A DNA stretch of 64,000 nt from Squalus acanthias (GCA_030390025.1 CM059437.1:53196001-53260000), one strand, 5' to 3'. Counted from the first letter of the stretch, positions 23,652 to 35,857 are shown. The notes: generated by a model from the sequence alone, not told the origin. Made by a program: numbers and translations.

Positions 23652-25067
23652 TTAAGAACATAAGAACATAAGAACATAAGAAATAGGAGCAGGAGTAGGC
23701 CAATCGGCCCCTCGAGCCTGCTCCGCCATTCAATAAGATCATGGCTGATCTGATCCTAACTGCCAATCTACTATCTACTATCACAGAACCATCTCCTGCA
23801 TCTAACAGAATTGCACACACGAAATAGGAGCAGAATCAGCCTACACGGTCCCTGGGCCCGCTCCACTACCCACAGGGCCATGACCGATCTGAACCTAGAC
23901 TCATGTCCAAATTCCTGCCCGCTCCCCGTAACCCTTAATTCCCTTTACTTCTAGGAAACTGTCTATTTCTGTTTTAAATTTATTTAATGATGTAGCTTCT
24001 ACAGCTTTTTGTGGCAGCATATTCCATGGACCTACCACCCTCTGAGTGAAGTAGTTCCTCCTCATCTCAGTTTTGAAAGAGCAGCCCCTTATTCTAAGAC
24101 TATGTCCCCTAGTTCTAGTCTCACCCATCATCGGGAACATCCTCCCCGCATCCACCCGATCCAACCCCTTCACAATCTTATATGTTTCAATAAGATCGCC
24201 TCTCATTCTTCTGAACTCCAATGAGTAGAGTCCCAATCTACACAACCTCTCCTCATATGACCACCCCCTCATCCCCGGGATTAACCGAGTGAACCTTTTT
24301 TGCACTGCCTCGAGAGCAAGGATGTCTTTCCTTAAGTAAGGACACCAAAACTGTATGCAGTATTCCAGGTGCGGTCTCACCAATACCTTGTACAACTGAA
24401 GCAATACCTCCCTATTTTTATATTCTATCCCCCTAGCAATGAAAGCCAACATTCCATTTGCCTTCTTAATCACTTGCTGCACCTGCATACTAACCTTTTG
24501 AGTTTCGTGCACCAGGACCCCCAGATCCCTTTGCACTTCAGTACTCTCCAGTTTCTTGCCATTAAGATAATAAATTGCTCTAGGATTTTTCCTGCCAAAG
24601 TGCATCACCTCACACTTTCCAGTGTTGTATTCCATCTGCCAAATCTCTGCCCACTTACTTAGCCTGTCTATGTCCCCCTGCAGGTTTTTTATGTCCTCCT
24701 CACTCACTACTTTCCCTCCCATCTTTGTATCATCTGCAAATTTTGATATGTTACACTTGGTCCCTTCCTGCAAATCGTTAATATAGATTGTAAAGAGTTG
24801 GGGACCCAGCACTGACCCCTGTGGAACACCACTAGTTACTGATTGCCAGTCTGAGAATGAACCATTTATCCCAACTCTTTGCTTTCTGTTAGATAGCCAA
24901 TCCTCTATCCATGCCAGAATATTACCCCCAATCCCGTGATTTTTTACCTTAAGCAATAATCTTTTGTGTGGCACCTTGTCAAATGCCTTTTGGAAGTCAA
25001 AATACACTACGTCTACTGGTTCCCCTTTATCCACTCTATATGTTACTTCCTCAAAGAACTCCAGCAA
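23652..25067 (-). mobile_element. Young 5'-truncated CR1 with an intact 388-aa RT fragment
   Basis: ORF 23901-25067 (DFQKAFD, PQGSVLGP, FADDTK); (TTCTTATG)3 tail. Confidence 0.93.
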
Positions 25068-25369
25068 ATGGTAATGCCGTATTATTCAGCGGATGAAAGA
25101 CAGCTTGCATGAAGTGTTATTCCACCGGGATGTCAGTGGTAGAATTTAGCGATAGGAATGCCAAATTACCTGGAATTTTAGGAAGATCGGAATAAATGTC
25201 AGAAAGTAAAGGATCTCCACCAAGCGAGTAATGTTCCAGCGAGAGTTTATTCGTTTTTTTCGTGATTGATTTGATAACAGGTCGTTTCTTCATTTTATTG
25301 AGCCATTTTATCGGAGCAAGTCAAATGCCCTGTGAATACAGTGGGAGTGTGTGCTGGATTATTTAATTT

Positions 25370-26320
25370 GCTTATAGCCTCAATGACTCCGTCTCCACAA
25401 TGACTGTGCGGTGGTCACTGCTACAAATGCTGTCATGGAGAGATGCATCTGCGACAGGTAGATTGGTGAGGACCAGGTCAAGTAGGTTTTTCCCTCGTGT
25501 TGGTTCTCTCACCACCTGTCGCAGGCCCAGACTGGCAGTTATGTTCTTCAGGACTCGGCCAGCTCGGTCAGTACTGGTGCTACCAAGCCATTCTTGGTGA
25601 TGGACATTCAAGTCCCCCAGAAGTAAATTCTGTGCCCTTGCTACTCTCAGTGCTTCTTCCAAGTGGTGTTCAACATGGAGGAGGAGTAATTCATCAGCTG
25701 AGGGAGAGCGGCTGGTAGTAATCAGCTGGAGCTTTCCTTGCCCATGCTTGACCTGAAGCCATGAGACTTCATGGGGTCCGGAGTCAATGTTGAGGACTCC
25801 CAGGGCCACTCCTTCCCGAATGTAAACCACTGTTGCTTGACTAGTCTGTGGGACAGCTCTCCCAATTTTGGCACAAGTCCCCAGATGTTGGTGAGGAGGA
25901 CTTTGCAGGGTCGACTGGGCTGGGTGTGCTGTTGCTGTGCAGATAGCCGGTGCTGAGGTCGATGCCGGGTGGTCCATCTGGTTTCATTCTTATTATGTTT
26001 CATAGCGGTTAGTTACAGCTGAGTGACTTGCTAGACCATTACAGAGGGCAGTTAAGAGTTAACCACATTGCTGTGGGCCTGGATTCACATATAGGCCAGA
26101 CCATGTAAGGATGGCAGATTTACTTCCCTAAAGGACATTAGTGAACCAGATGGATTTTTATGATAATCCGATAGTTTCATGGTTACCATTACTGATACTA
26201 ACTTTTTATTCCAGATTTATTTAATTATCTCAATTTAAATTCCCCAGCTGCCATCTCTGGATCATTAGTCCAGGCCTCTGGATTACTAACCCAGTGACAT
26301 TACCACTATGCTACCGCTCC
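25370..26320 (-). mobile_element. 5' part of the tRNA-headed LINE (head plus APE endonuclease)
   Basis: Head GCGGTAGCATAGTGG; APE motifs VLLTNIWGL, LGDLNVHH, LLDLVLTN, SSDH. Confidence 0.8.
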
Positions 26321-26650
26321 CCTCTGTGAGGGAGAATAATAGTGGAGATCACTGATGCCTTGGAAGCCCCCAATCTAATCTGTGTACGGTTTTGTCGAAA
26401 TCGGTCGAGACACTCGCGGCAAGAATTGGATGGATAGATGTATAAAGTTGGATTGGAAAGATTGCTTTGTAGTGGCTTTTATTGCAGCATTGTGGCCAAG
26501 AGGACGCTGTGATGGTCAGTAACATAGGGAAGGTAAGGTGTGGCACGAATGTTGAGAAGTGAATTGGGGTTGTGGTCACTGCTACCATGGGCGGATGATT
26601 ACATCTCAGTTATCCCAGCCAGAAAGGGGCTGTCTGGGTTGCATCCTTCC

Positions 26651-26765
26651 TTCTGCTTCCTCCTCTTCTGCTTCCTCCTCTTCTGCTTCCTCCTCTTCTG
26701 TTTCTTCCTCTTCTTCTGTTTCTTCCTCTTCTGCGTCTTCCTCTTCTGCGTCTCCCGCTTCCCTC
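26651..26765 (+). repeat. 15-bp minisatellite (TTCTGCTTCCTCCTC)n, about 7 units degrading rightwards
   Basis: Read directly. Confidence 0.9.
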
Positions 26766-26782
26766 TGTGAGTGGATGCCATA

Positions 26783-26893
26783 AATCTGAAATGACATCAT
26801 AAAATGCTGGAAATACTCAGCAGGTCAGACAGCATCTTGACCTGAGATGTGAACTCTGTTTCTCTCTCCATGTATTTGCAGCATTTTCTGTCT
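26783..26893. mobile_element. Decayed short palindromic (Penelope-derived-like) element
   Basis: AAAATGCTGGAAATAC ... GTATTTGCAGCATTTT inverted ends; family call from recollection. Confidence 0.5.
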
Positions 26894-27770
26894 TCTCAGA
26901 GGCCTCCCTTTACCACCCGAGGCCTTGCAAGCATCCAGCAGCACGGCCTACACAATTAACAACTTTTAACATCGATTGCAGCAAGCCACTACTTCAGTAA
27001 AATCAAAAACCCCAGTCCAAAAGCTTAAATGCCAACATACATGAAAGATATGTGTGTCCTTTTAAGAGGTGCTGTCAGCACCTCTGTTAGTCTGCTTTCT
27101 CGTTGCGTTTACCTGGTTTATTTAGAATCCAGCGATGAACTCAGCGCTAGGATCGAAGTTCACTGTGGTGACATTAAGTCGGCATTGCACGCCGACTGAT
27201 GTCACCACACTGCCATTTTTCTTTGCAGGGTGATAACTCATAACGGCAGTGCTACCGGGCCAACGAAAATGCAGGATGCCTTGGGACTCGTCATCAGCTG
27301 GTGGAAGAGTGGCTGCCGCTGCTTTCTCAACATTATGCTATGCTGACAGGTGTCGAAAACCACACGAATTTCATTGCTGCAGAGTCTAAACCAGGAAGTA
27401 TAAATTAGAATATTTAATTCATTGTAAAATAATGTACAGAATGTAAAATAAAAAAGGGAAATAAAGATAGGATTTAGAGAGAGAGAGATAAAAGAGACAG
27501 AAAGAAAAAGTATTGGCCTGGAATTTGTAGTGTGTAGTAACAGTGAATGAACTGCATTCGCTGTTATTACCCCTTTGAAACTGAACGCAAACTCAGGATT
27601 TACTGCCTGTGCATCCTAATGTGGAAATCCTGAAGTTGCAGTCAGTTATTCACTGCTCCGACACTGGCTGCGCTGTGCTCTCCACCCCTCCCCCCATCCC
27701 CCCACCCCATAGCCAACACTAAGGGAAATCAGTGAAACTGATGAAAACTTGGGCTTTTCAATGGTAATAT

Positions 27771-30416
27771 TAATTCCATTAATAATGGGAAACAGGAAAA
27801 TGGCAGAGACTTTGAACAAATATTTTGTATTGGTCTTCATTGTAGAAGACACTAAAAGCATCCCAATAATAGTTGATAATCAAGGGGCAATAGGGAGGGA
27901 GAAACTTAAAACAATGACTATCACTAGAGAAAAAGTACTAGGCAAACTAATGAACTACAGGCTGACAAGTCCCCTGGACCTGATGGCCTACATCCTAGTG
28001 TCTTAAAAGAAGTGGCTGCAGAGATAGTGAATGTGTTGGTTGTAATCTACCAAAATTCCCTGGATTCTGGAGAGGTCCCAGCAAATTGGAAAACCGTAAA
28101 TGTAACGCCCCTATTCAAGAAAGGAGGGAGGCAAAAAGCGGGAAACTATAGGCCAGTTAGCCTAACATCTGTCATTGGGAAAATGCTGAAATCCATTAAT
28201 GAGGAAGTAACAGCAGGACATTTAGAAAATCATAATACAATCAAGCAGAGTCAACACGGTTTATGAAAGGGAAATCGTGTTTGACTAATTTATTAGAGTT
28301 CTTAGAGGATGTAACGAGCAGCGTGGATAAAGGGGTACCAGTAGCTGTAGTGTATCTGGATTTCCAGAAACCATTTGACAACGTGCCACGTAAAAGGTTA
28401 CTGCACAAGATAAGAGCTCACGGGGTTGGAGGTAATATATTAGCATGGATAGAGGAGTGGCTAACTAACAGAAAACAAAGAGTCGGGATAAATGGGTAAT
28501 TTTCCGGTTGGCAAACTGTAACTAGTGGGGTGCCACAGGGATCAGTGCAGCATCCTCAACTATTTACAATCTATATTAATGACTTTGATGAAGGGACCGT
28601 GTGTACTATCATCAAATTTGCTGATATTACAAAGATAGGTGGGAAAGCAAGTTGTGAGGAGGACACAAAGGGTATTTTGCCAGCGCTCAGTGGGCGGATT
28701 TGGAGGTAGGGCTGCTGGCAAAATTACAAAGATTGACAGCGGGTCCCGAACCCACTGTCAACCCGCCTCCATACAATCTTCCAAGGGTCGGGTCCCTGAT
28801 TTGCACAGGGACCCGACACGTAGCGGCGGGAAGATGATTATAGGCAATTTACTGCCTGTTAACAGGTAGTTAACAGGCAGTTAAGAGGCTTTTTTCAATT
28901 TTTCCAGGTCGACTGCGGGCTTCCCGACGTCCAGACACCACGCCAGGGTAAGTGTGGCGAGCTGTGGGTCTACTGTAAGGTTTGTGCATTGATGACAGAA
29001 GTGGTGTGAAGGATCCAATGGTACACTGGTGAGTTTCAGAGGTAAGAAATTGTTGGGGAAATCATTTTTAATCTATTTAGACTTTTCTGCAGGTAATAAG
29101 GTTTGAAGTGTTTGTGTAGTCTCGCCCCATTGGGAGAACCTCTCTCACCAGTGACAGATCGCTTCTGTAAACTCACCTGCAGCTGCCATCTGTTTTATCC
29201 TAAGGAGAGACTCTCTGGAGAGCCTGCGTGCAAGGGCTCACCTTTGCACAGTGAGTGGCAGTATTTGCAGCACCTCAATACCGTCAAACACTGAAAAATC
29301 ATGTCAAAAAAATGAGCATGTCCCCTTTAAGAAAACCGGCAGTGACGCGTCATCAACTGATGTCATCTGACACCGGCTTTCTCTGAATTGGCCGGAAAAC
29401 CCACAGAGCGGGCTTAACAAGGCCAATTGACGAAAAATTATGTCGTTGCGTCGGGCGTCGTTGGGGGCGGGATCAGAACCCGCAAGTCAGCTGACCCACT
29501 CCCAACTCGCACTGAACGGTAAGATCGTGCCCAAAGAGTCTGCAAAGGGATGTAGATAGGTTAATAGAGTGGGCAAAAATTTGGCAGATGGAGTATAATG
29601 TGGGAAAATGTGAGGTTATCCACTTTGGTAGGAAAAATTAAAAAGCAAATTATTATTTAAATGGAGAGAGACTACACAATGCTGCGGTACAGAGGGATCT
29701 GGGGGTCCTCGTACATGAAACACAAAAAGTTAGCATGCAGGTACAGCAAGTAATTAGGAAGGCAAATGGAATGTTGGCCTTTATTGCAAGGGGGATGGTA
29801 TATAAAAGTATGGAAGTCTTGCTACAACGGTACAGGGCGCTGGTGAGACCATACCTGGAGTACTGCGTGCAGATTTGGTCTCCTTATTTAAGGAGGGTTA
29901 TACTTGCATTGGATGCAGTTCAGAAAAGGTTCGCTAGGTTAATTGCTGACATAAAGGGGTTGTCTTATGAAGAAAGGTTGAGCAGGTTGGACATGTACTC
30001 ATTGGAGTTTAGAAGAATGAGAGGTGATCTTCTTGAAACATATAAGTTTCTGAGGGGGCTTGACAGGGTAGATGCAGGGAGGATGTTTCCCCTCGTGGGG
30101 GAATCTAGAACTAGTGGGCACAGTTTCAGGATAAGGGGTCACCCATTTAAAACGGAGATGAGGAGGAATTTCTTCTCTCAGAGGGTCGTGAATCTTTGGA
30201 ATTCTCTACCCCAGAGAGCTGTGGAGGCAGAGTCATTGAATATATTCAAGGCGGAGATAGACATATATTTGAGCTTTAAGGGAGTCAAGGGTTATGGGGA
30301 GCGGGCGGGAAAGTGGCGTTGAGGCCAAGTTCAGATCAGCCTTGATTTTATAGAATGGCGGGGCAGGTTCGAGGGGCCGAATGGCCTACTCCTGCTCTTA
30401 CTTCTTATGTTCTTAT
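27771..30416 (+). mobile_element. 5'-truncated CR1 LINE (RT to 3' tail) with apparent 7-bp TSD GTAATAT
   Basis: RT fragments NYRPVSLTS, YLDFQKPFD; tail TTCTTATGTTCTTATG; GTAATAT at 27764-27770 and 30417-30423. Confidence 0.88.
28670..29532. mobile_element. Non-autonomous DNA element (GGG...CCC ends) inside the CR1 RT, AAA duplication
   Basis: CR1 reads ggacac-AAA|insert|AAA-gagtctgcaaaggg; imperfect TIRs. Confidence 0.72.
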
Positions 30417-30925
30417 GTAATATCGCTGTTAAATACCCCATTAAAAGTTACACCTTGTTGGATTAGGTGTAACTGGGGTTTTAAAAGCATACTGACTTCT
30501 AAACATACGTTATGGCCCATAAAAAAAATTTCTCTATTATATTAAAAATTACAATTTTTAAGAAACTTTAAAAAAGTTATATTTTTCAAAGTTTGCTTAT
30601 ATTTATTTCAGGTATACCTTTTTCCCATGTGAGAGCCCCAATCTGTGCTTTACACGCTGTAGCATTTTTAAATATTCAGGATAAAAGGAGCTTCTTCACT
30701 TCCTGGTTCCCTGTCTGTGAGAATTCTGCCTTGTGAGTGGCTGCTTAGAGAGCTTGTTGACGTCACAGCAGCTGGCCTTAGGAATTCCTCACTATACTGC
30801 ACTGATCTCAATTGCAAGCCGAAAAAGCCAAAGTTCTCGCAACAGAGATTGCGTGATCTTTGTGAGCAGCTTTCTTCGGGTCCAATGCGGAATGACTTTG
30901 CTTCACCTCTGACCACAAATTATGG

Positions 30926-31054
30926 TCATGATGCGGAGATGCCGGTGTTGGACTGGGGTGGACAAAATTGAGAGGTCGCACAACACCAGGTTATAGTCCA
31001 ACAGTTTTATTTGAAATCAAATAAAACTGTTGGACTATAACCTGGTGTTGTGCG
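30926..31054 (-). mobile_element. Penelope-like remnant with 40-bp perfect inverted repeat and 11-bp TSD
   Basis: ACAAATTATGG at 30915-30925 and 31055-31065; arms 30975-31014 and 31017-31056. Family call is from my recollection of shark Penelope 3' ends. Confidence 0.75.
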
Positions 31055-31794
31055 ACAAATTATGGGGCAGATTTTTTTTAATATGTAAGAAATCTCCAAC
31101 AATAATTAAAATCTGAATGAATGAGATGTCACACTTGTAAAATTAAATTTTCAGTGCTAGGGAGTTTGTTTAGCAGTATCACACCATTAAAAAAAACACT
31201 TATAAATGAATGCCCCAGTCCTAACATTTTCTGGCGTGCTTAGTGGGAAAGTGCAGCAGCTTCACGCCCTCACATGGATTTCAATGCCGAGTCTATCGGC
31301 GAGGTACCGTTGTAGCAAAGCTTGAAGAGGAGCAGGGCATATTCGACAGCAACTGCCGGATTTGCACTTTTAATTGCGTTTTTGCGGACTCCAGAAGTTG
31401 CTGGCCAGTTTACTCCATAATAGCGGTGAGCGCTGTCAGCCTCACTGTTATTCTTAACACAAAATCCGGGCTATTGCGTATAAGCTGGACTTAAAGCATA
31501 GAATGTTACAACGTTACTCGCAGCGGGACTGGACACACTCAGGTGATTGCAAGGCACATCGAGTTTGATCACCTTGTTAATGTTGATCAGGTTTTATCTC
31601 AATGTCTTATGTACTATGTTATGACTGTTCTCTTTGTACCTTAACATATTTTCTTCTTGTATTGTAGCTTCTTTTATAACTGTAATAAAACATATATACG
31701 TTGGACCAAAGCTAACTCTAGTCTTTGAGTACCAAAGACCCAATCTAATATAAGTTTCACACAAGTGGCAGGTGCAAGAGGCCAGATTTAGGAT

Positions 31795-33636
31795 CATAGC
31801 TGCATAGGAATAAAGTAGGCCATTCAGCCCATCCAGCCTGTTCTGTCATTCAGTGAGATTATGTCTGATCTGTAGCTTAACTCCATCCACCTGCCTTGGC
31901 TCAATATCCTATTATAACCTTGTCTCGCAAAAATCTATCGAACTCCTGATTTAAAATTATTAATTGAGCTAGCACCTAATGCTTTTTGTTCGATAGAGTT
32001 TCACACTTCTGCCACCTTTGCGTGAAGAATTGTTTCCTAACTTCTCTCCTGAATGGCCTGGCTCTGTTTTTTAAGACTATCTTCCCTTGTCCTAGATTCC
32101 CACACAAGTGAAAAAACTTTTTCGCTACCTACCCTATCAATTCCTTTCAAAATCCTAAAAACCTCAATCAAATCACCCCGGAACCTTTTATTTTCCAGGG
32201 AATACAAGCCTAATGGGCCAGAAATTTGGCTTTCCGACTTCCTGCGGGTGCAAGCATCACGCGCGTACTTGCCTACCGCGCCTGCAGATGTGCTTTGGGC
32301 CCACGAGGACTTCGGGTCCGGGGCCTCCTCCAGCTGCCGGTGGGCAGTGCTTGTGTATCCCAGGGGCGCAGTCAGTTCGAAGCGTCCCCTGGGATCACGT
32401 GGGCCATGGAGAGCCAATCCTAGCAGGGCATTTTCATTTATAGATTTGACAGGAAGACCTGTCAAATCTATGAATAGAGATCGGCCCCAAAACTTCACTT
32501 AAACTTCAAATAAATTGAAAAAAACATCACATTTTTAAAATAACTATAAGTTAAATAAATTAACTACTTTAAACAAAAATTTAAATTTTTGAAAAAATTA
32601 ATTATACTTTTTAACGGTGCTAAAAATAAACTTACCTTTCTTTAAAGTATGTATAAAAGATAAACCTGTTGAAAAAATGTTTAAATTGTAATTAATTAAC
32701 CACTTACTTTGTTAAAAATAGGCCTTGCTCCTCCTTTATAAAAGCGCAGCTTCTTCATACTTACCTTCCGGGAGAAACCTGAAAAAAAAATCTAAGTTCA
32801 CTGCGTGCATGCAGCCTCTCCCGCGCACGCGTTCGACTTCTGAACCCCTCCCTTCAGGGGAACGGAAGTTCCGATTTCCCACGCATGCGCCTTACGGGTG
32901 AGTACACAGCGCGTCCTCACCCGACAACAGCCGAATTTCTGGGCCATTATATGTAATCTCTCCTCATAATCTAACCCTTGCAGCCCTGGTAACATTGTGG
33001 AGAATACGTGCTGCAATCCTTCCATGGCCAAAATTTGCAGGGCTACAGGGAAAGGGCGGGGGAGTGGGACGAGCTGAAGTGCTCTTGCAGAGAGCCGGTA
33101 CAGGCTCGCCACATGGCCTCCTTCTGTGCTAAAACCATTCTATCATTCTATGATATCCATCCTAAGGTGCGGTGCCCAGAAATGTCTACTACTTTAGATA
33201 CTTCCTAAAATTTCTCTAGATGCTGAATCTCTCTGTCCTTAATTATTGAGTCCAATAACTTCCCCACAACAGATGTTAGACTAACATGTCTTTAATTTCC
33301 CTATTTCTCTCTCATATTTCTTAAATAATGGAGTTACATTTGCAATTTTCATTCTAAAGTGACAATTCCAGAATCGAGAGAGCTTTGGAGATTATGGCTA
33401 AAGCATCTGCAATTTCCTCACATTCTTCATTTGAAACGTTTGGATGGAAATTATCAGGACTTGTAATTTGTCAGTCTTTTGTTCTCTTATTTTTTCTCAT
33501 ACTGTTTTCTTGCTTACGTTAACTTTAGTGAGGTCCAGTCCTTAATTCATTATTAATTTCCCTGTAATGCCAGCCATATTATTCTCTTCCAGTACGGTGA
33601 AGATAAGTCTGCCATTTCCTTATTTTCATTTGATAT
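31795..33636 (-). mobile_element. Old CR1 fragments, interrupted by MITE 32215-32945 and a short plus-strand CR1 tail (~33030-33155)
   Basis: LGLYSLE..RFRGDLIEVF and MLPGLQGLDYEERL on either side of the MITE. Confidence 0.75.
32215..32945. mobile_element. Harbinger-type MITE inserted in a CR1
   Basis: AAT|GGGCCAGAAATTTGGC ... GCCGAATTTCTGGGCC|ATT; CR1 sequence resumes on both sides. Confidence 0.88.
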
Positions 33637-33639
33637 ATT

Positions 33640-34295
33640 GGCACAGAAATTAGACTTCGATGGTTGCTGCGGGGGTAAGGATCCAGCGCGATCTTACCTA
33701 CCACGCCTGTCTTTATGGTTCAGGCCCACACGAGCTTCTGGTCCTGGGCCTCTCCCTGGTGCCGGCGCGCAGTGTGTGCATGTCCCAGAGGCGCAGTTAG
33801 TTCGATGCGACCTCTGGGGGCCAGTTAGAGCCAATGGTAGCACACCATCTTTCATTCATAGTTTTGACAGGAGAACTGTCAAAACTATGAATACAACTTG
33901 CCCCCAAAAGAACAGCTAAACCTCAATTAAATTTTTTAAAAAACATCACATTAGTAAAATAACTATAGTTATTAACCACTTTAAACAAAAATTTTGAAAA
34001 ATTGAAAATCTTTTTAAAACTTATAAAAATAAACTTACCTTTCTTTAAAGTCTCTAAAAAAGATAAACCTGTTGAAAAAAAATTAAAATAATACTTAATT
34101 AACTACTTACCTTGTTAAAAGGGGGTCTTACGCCTCCTTTTTTCATGTGTAAAATCTTCCATACTTACCCTCGCGTTCAAACCTGAAAAAAAACCTAAGT
34201 GTGCTGCATGCGCACAGCCTGTAGTGCGCACGCGGTTCACTTAGGAACCGCCCCCTTCGCAATATCGGAAGTGCCAGTTTCCCGCGCTTGCGTTG
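33640..34295. mobile_element. Truncated MITE of the same family, inverted relative to 35107-35857
   Basis: ATT|GGCACAGAAATT start; colinear with the reverse complement of about 35190-35857. Confidence 0.8.
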
Positions 34296-35106
34296 GTCCT
34301 CACAGACAGGTAGATTATACTGCACTTGATTACTCTCATAGCACAAGTGAGCAAGAGCAGAGAACAGTGGAAGGGACACTTGGTGAGATTATGTGACAGA
34401 CGTCGCCATCCTCTCGCAGGTCTGCTGATCAGGACAGCGATGCAGAACACTTCAGGCCAGCACTGAAAAGGAGAATGCTGGAGGCACGGCAGTATCTGTC
34501 TGAGGCATTGGAAGGCCTGCCAGGCACACTGTCCACTGTGGCAGAGAAGATGGAGCAGTCGAATTCAATCACATGTGGAGCGATGTCACGGGGCTTTTAA
34601 TCTTTTCGATCTGCCATGATCAATGCTGACAGGCGACATGTCCTGCATGTAGGCTCCGACTGCAGGGCTGCAGATTCTGGCCGCAAGCGTCTCGACCGAT
34701 TTTGACAGTATCGTATACAGATTAGATCGGCACTTCCAAGGCATCAGTGATCTCCTCTATTATGCTCTCTCGCAGAGGGGAACGGTAGCATAGTTGTAAT
34801 GTCACTGGGCTTGTAATACTGAGGCCTGGACTAATGATCCAGAGATAGCAGTTGCAGAATTTAAATTCAGTTAATTAAATAAATCTGGAATAAAAAGCTA
34901 GTATCAGTAATGGTAACCATTAAACTATCAGATTGTCGTAAAAATCCATCTGGTTCACTAATGTCCTTTAGGGAAGGAAATCTGCCGTCCTTACCTGGTC
35001 TGGCCTATATGTGACTCCAGACCCACAGCAATGTGGTTGACTCTTAACTGTCCTCTGAAATGGCCCAGCAAGTCACTCAGTTGTAACTAACACAACGAAA
35101 CATAAT

Positions 35107-35857
35107 GGCCCAAAAATTCGGCTGAATATGGGAGAGTACGAACTGTGCACTCTCGCGTATTCAGTCCCAAAGTGCCGGTTTCCTGCAAGCACTGCGCATG
35201 CACAGGAAACCGGCACTTCAGGTATGGCGAAGGGGGTGGTTCCTAAGTGAACCGCGTGCGCACTATAGGCTGTGCACACGCAGCACACTTCGGTTTTTTT
35301 TCAGGTTTCAACGCGAAGGTAAGTATGGAAGATTTTACACATGAAGAAAGGCCCCCTTTTAACAAGGTAAGTAGTTAATTAAGTATTATTTTAAAAAAAT
35401 TTCAACAGGTTTATCTTTTTTAGAGATTTTAAAGAAAGGTAAGTTTATTTTTATAACTTTTAAAAAGAATTTAAATTTTTTCAAAAATTTTAGTTTTTGT
35501 TTAAAGTGGTTAATTTATTTAACTATAGTTATTTTATTAATGTGATGGTTTTTTTTATTTATTTGAGGTTTAGCTGTTCTTTTGGGGACAATTTGTATTC
35601 ATAGTTTTGACAGTTCTCCTGTCAACGCTTTGAATGAAAGATGGTGTGCTGCCATTGGCTCTCCATGCCCCACGTGATCCCAGAGGTCGCATCGCACAAA
35701 CTGCGCCTCTGGGACACGCACACACTGCGCGCTGGCCCCAGGGAGAGGACCAGGAGCTGAAGTTCGTGTGGGCCGGAAACACAACGGCCGGCGCGGAGTG
35801 TTATATCGCGGGGGATCCTTACCCCCGCGGCAAGACTACGAGTCAAATTTCTGGGCC
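35107..35857. mobile_element. Harbinger-type MITE (~750 bp)
   Basis: TIRs GGCCCAAAAATT / AATTTCTGGGCC, GC-rich ends and AT-rich core, AAT on both sides. Confidence 0.85.

Larger units (their letters stand above)
27515..31472. mobile_element. Non-autonomous Harbinger-like element carrying nested CR1 and Penelope-like insertions
   Basis: ATT|GGCCTGGAATTTG ... CAAAATCCGGGCT|ATT; own sequence about 27515-27770 plus 30417-31472. Confidence 0.7.

Noticed and set aside
23901-25067. Longest ORF (388 aa) as a host gene
   Set aside because: It is the 5'-truncated RT of a CR1 with a typical tail.
26540-26800. Low-complexity ORFs (poly-S, poly-E, K/R-rich)
   Set aside because: Translations of the 15-bp minisatellite.
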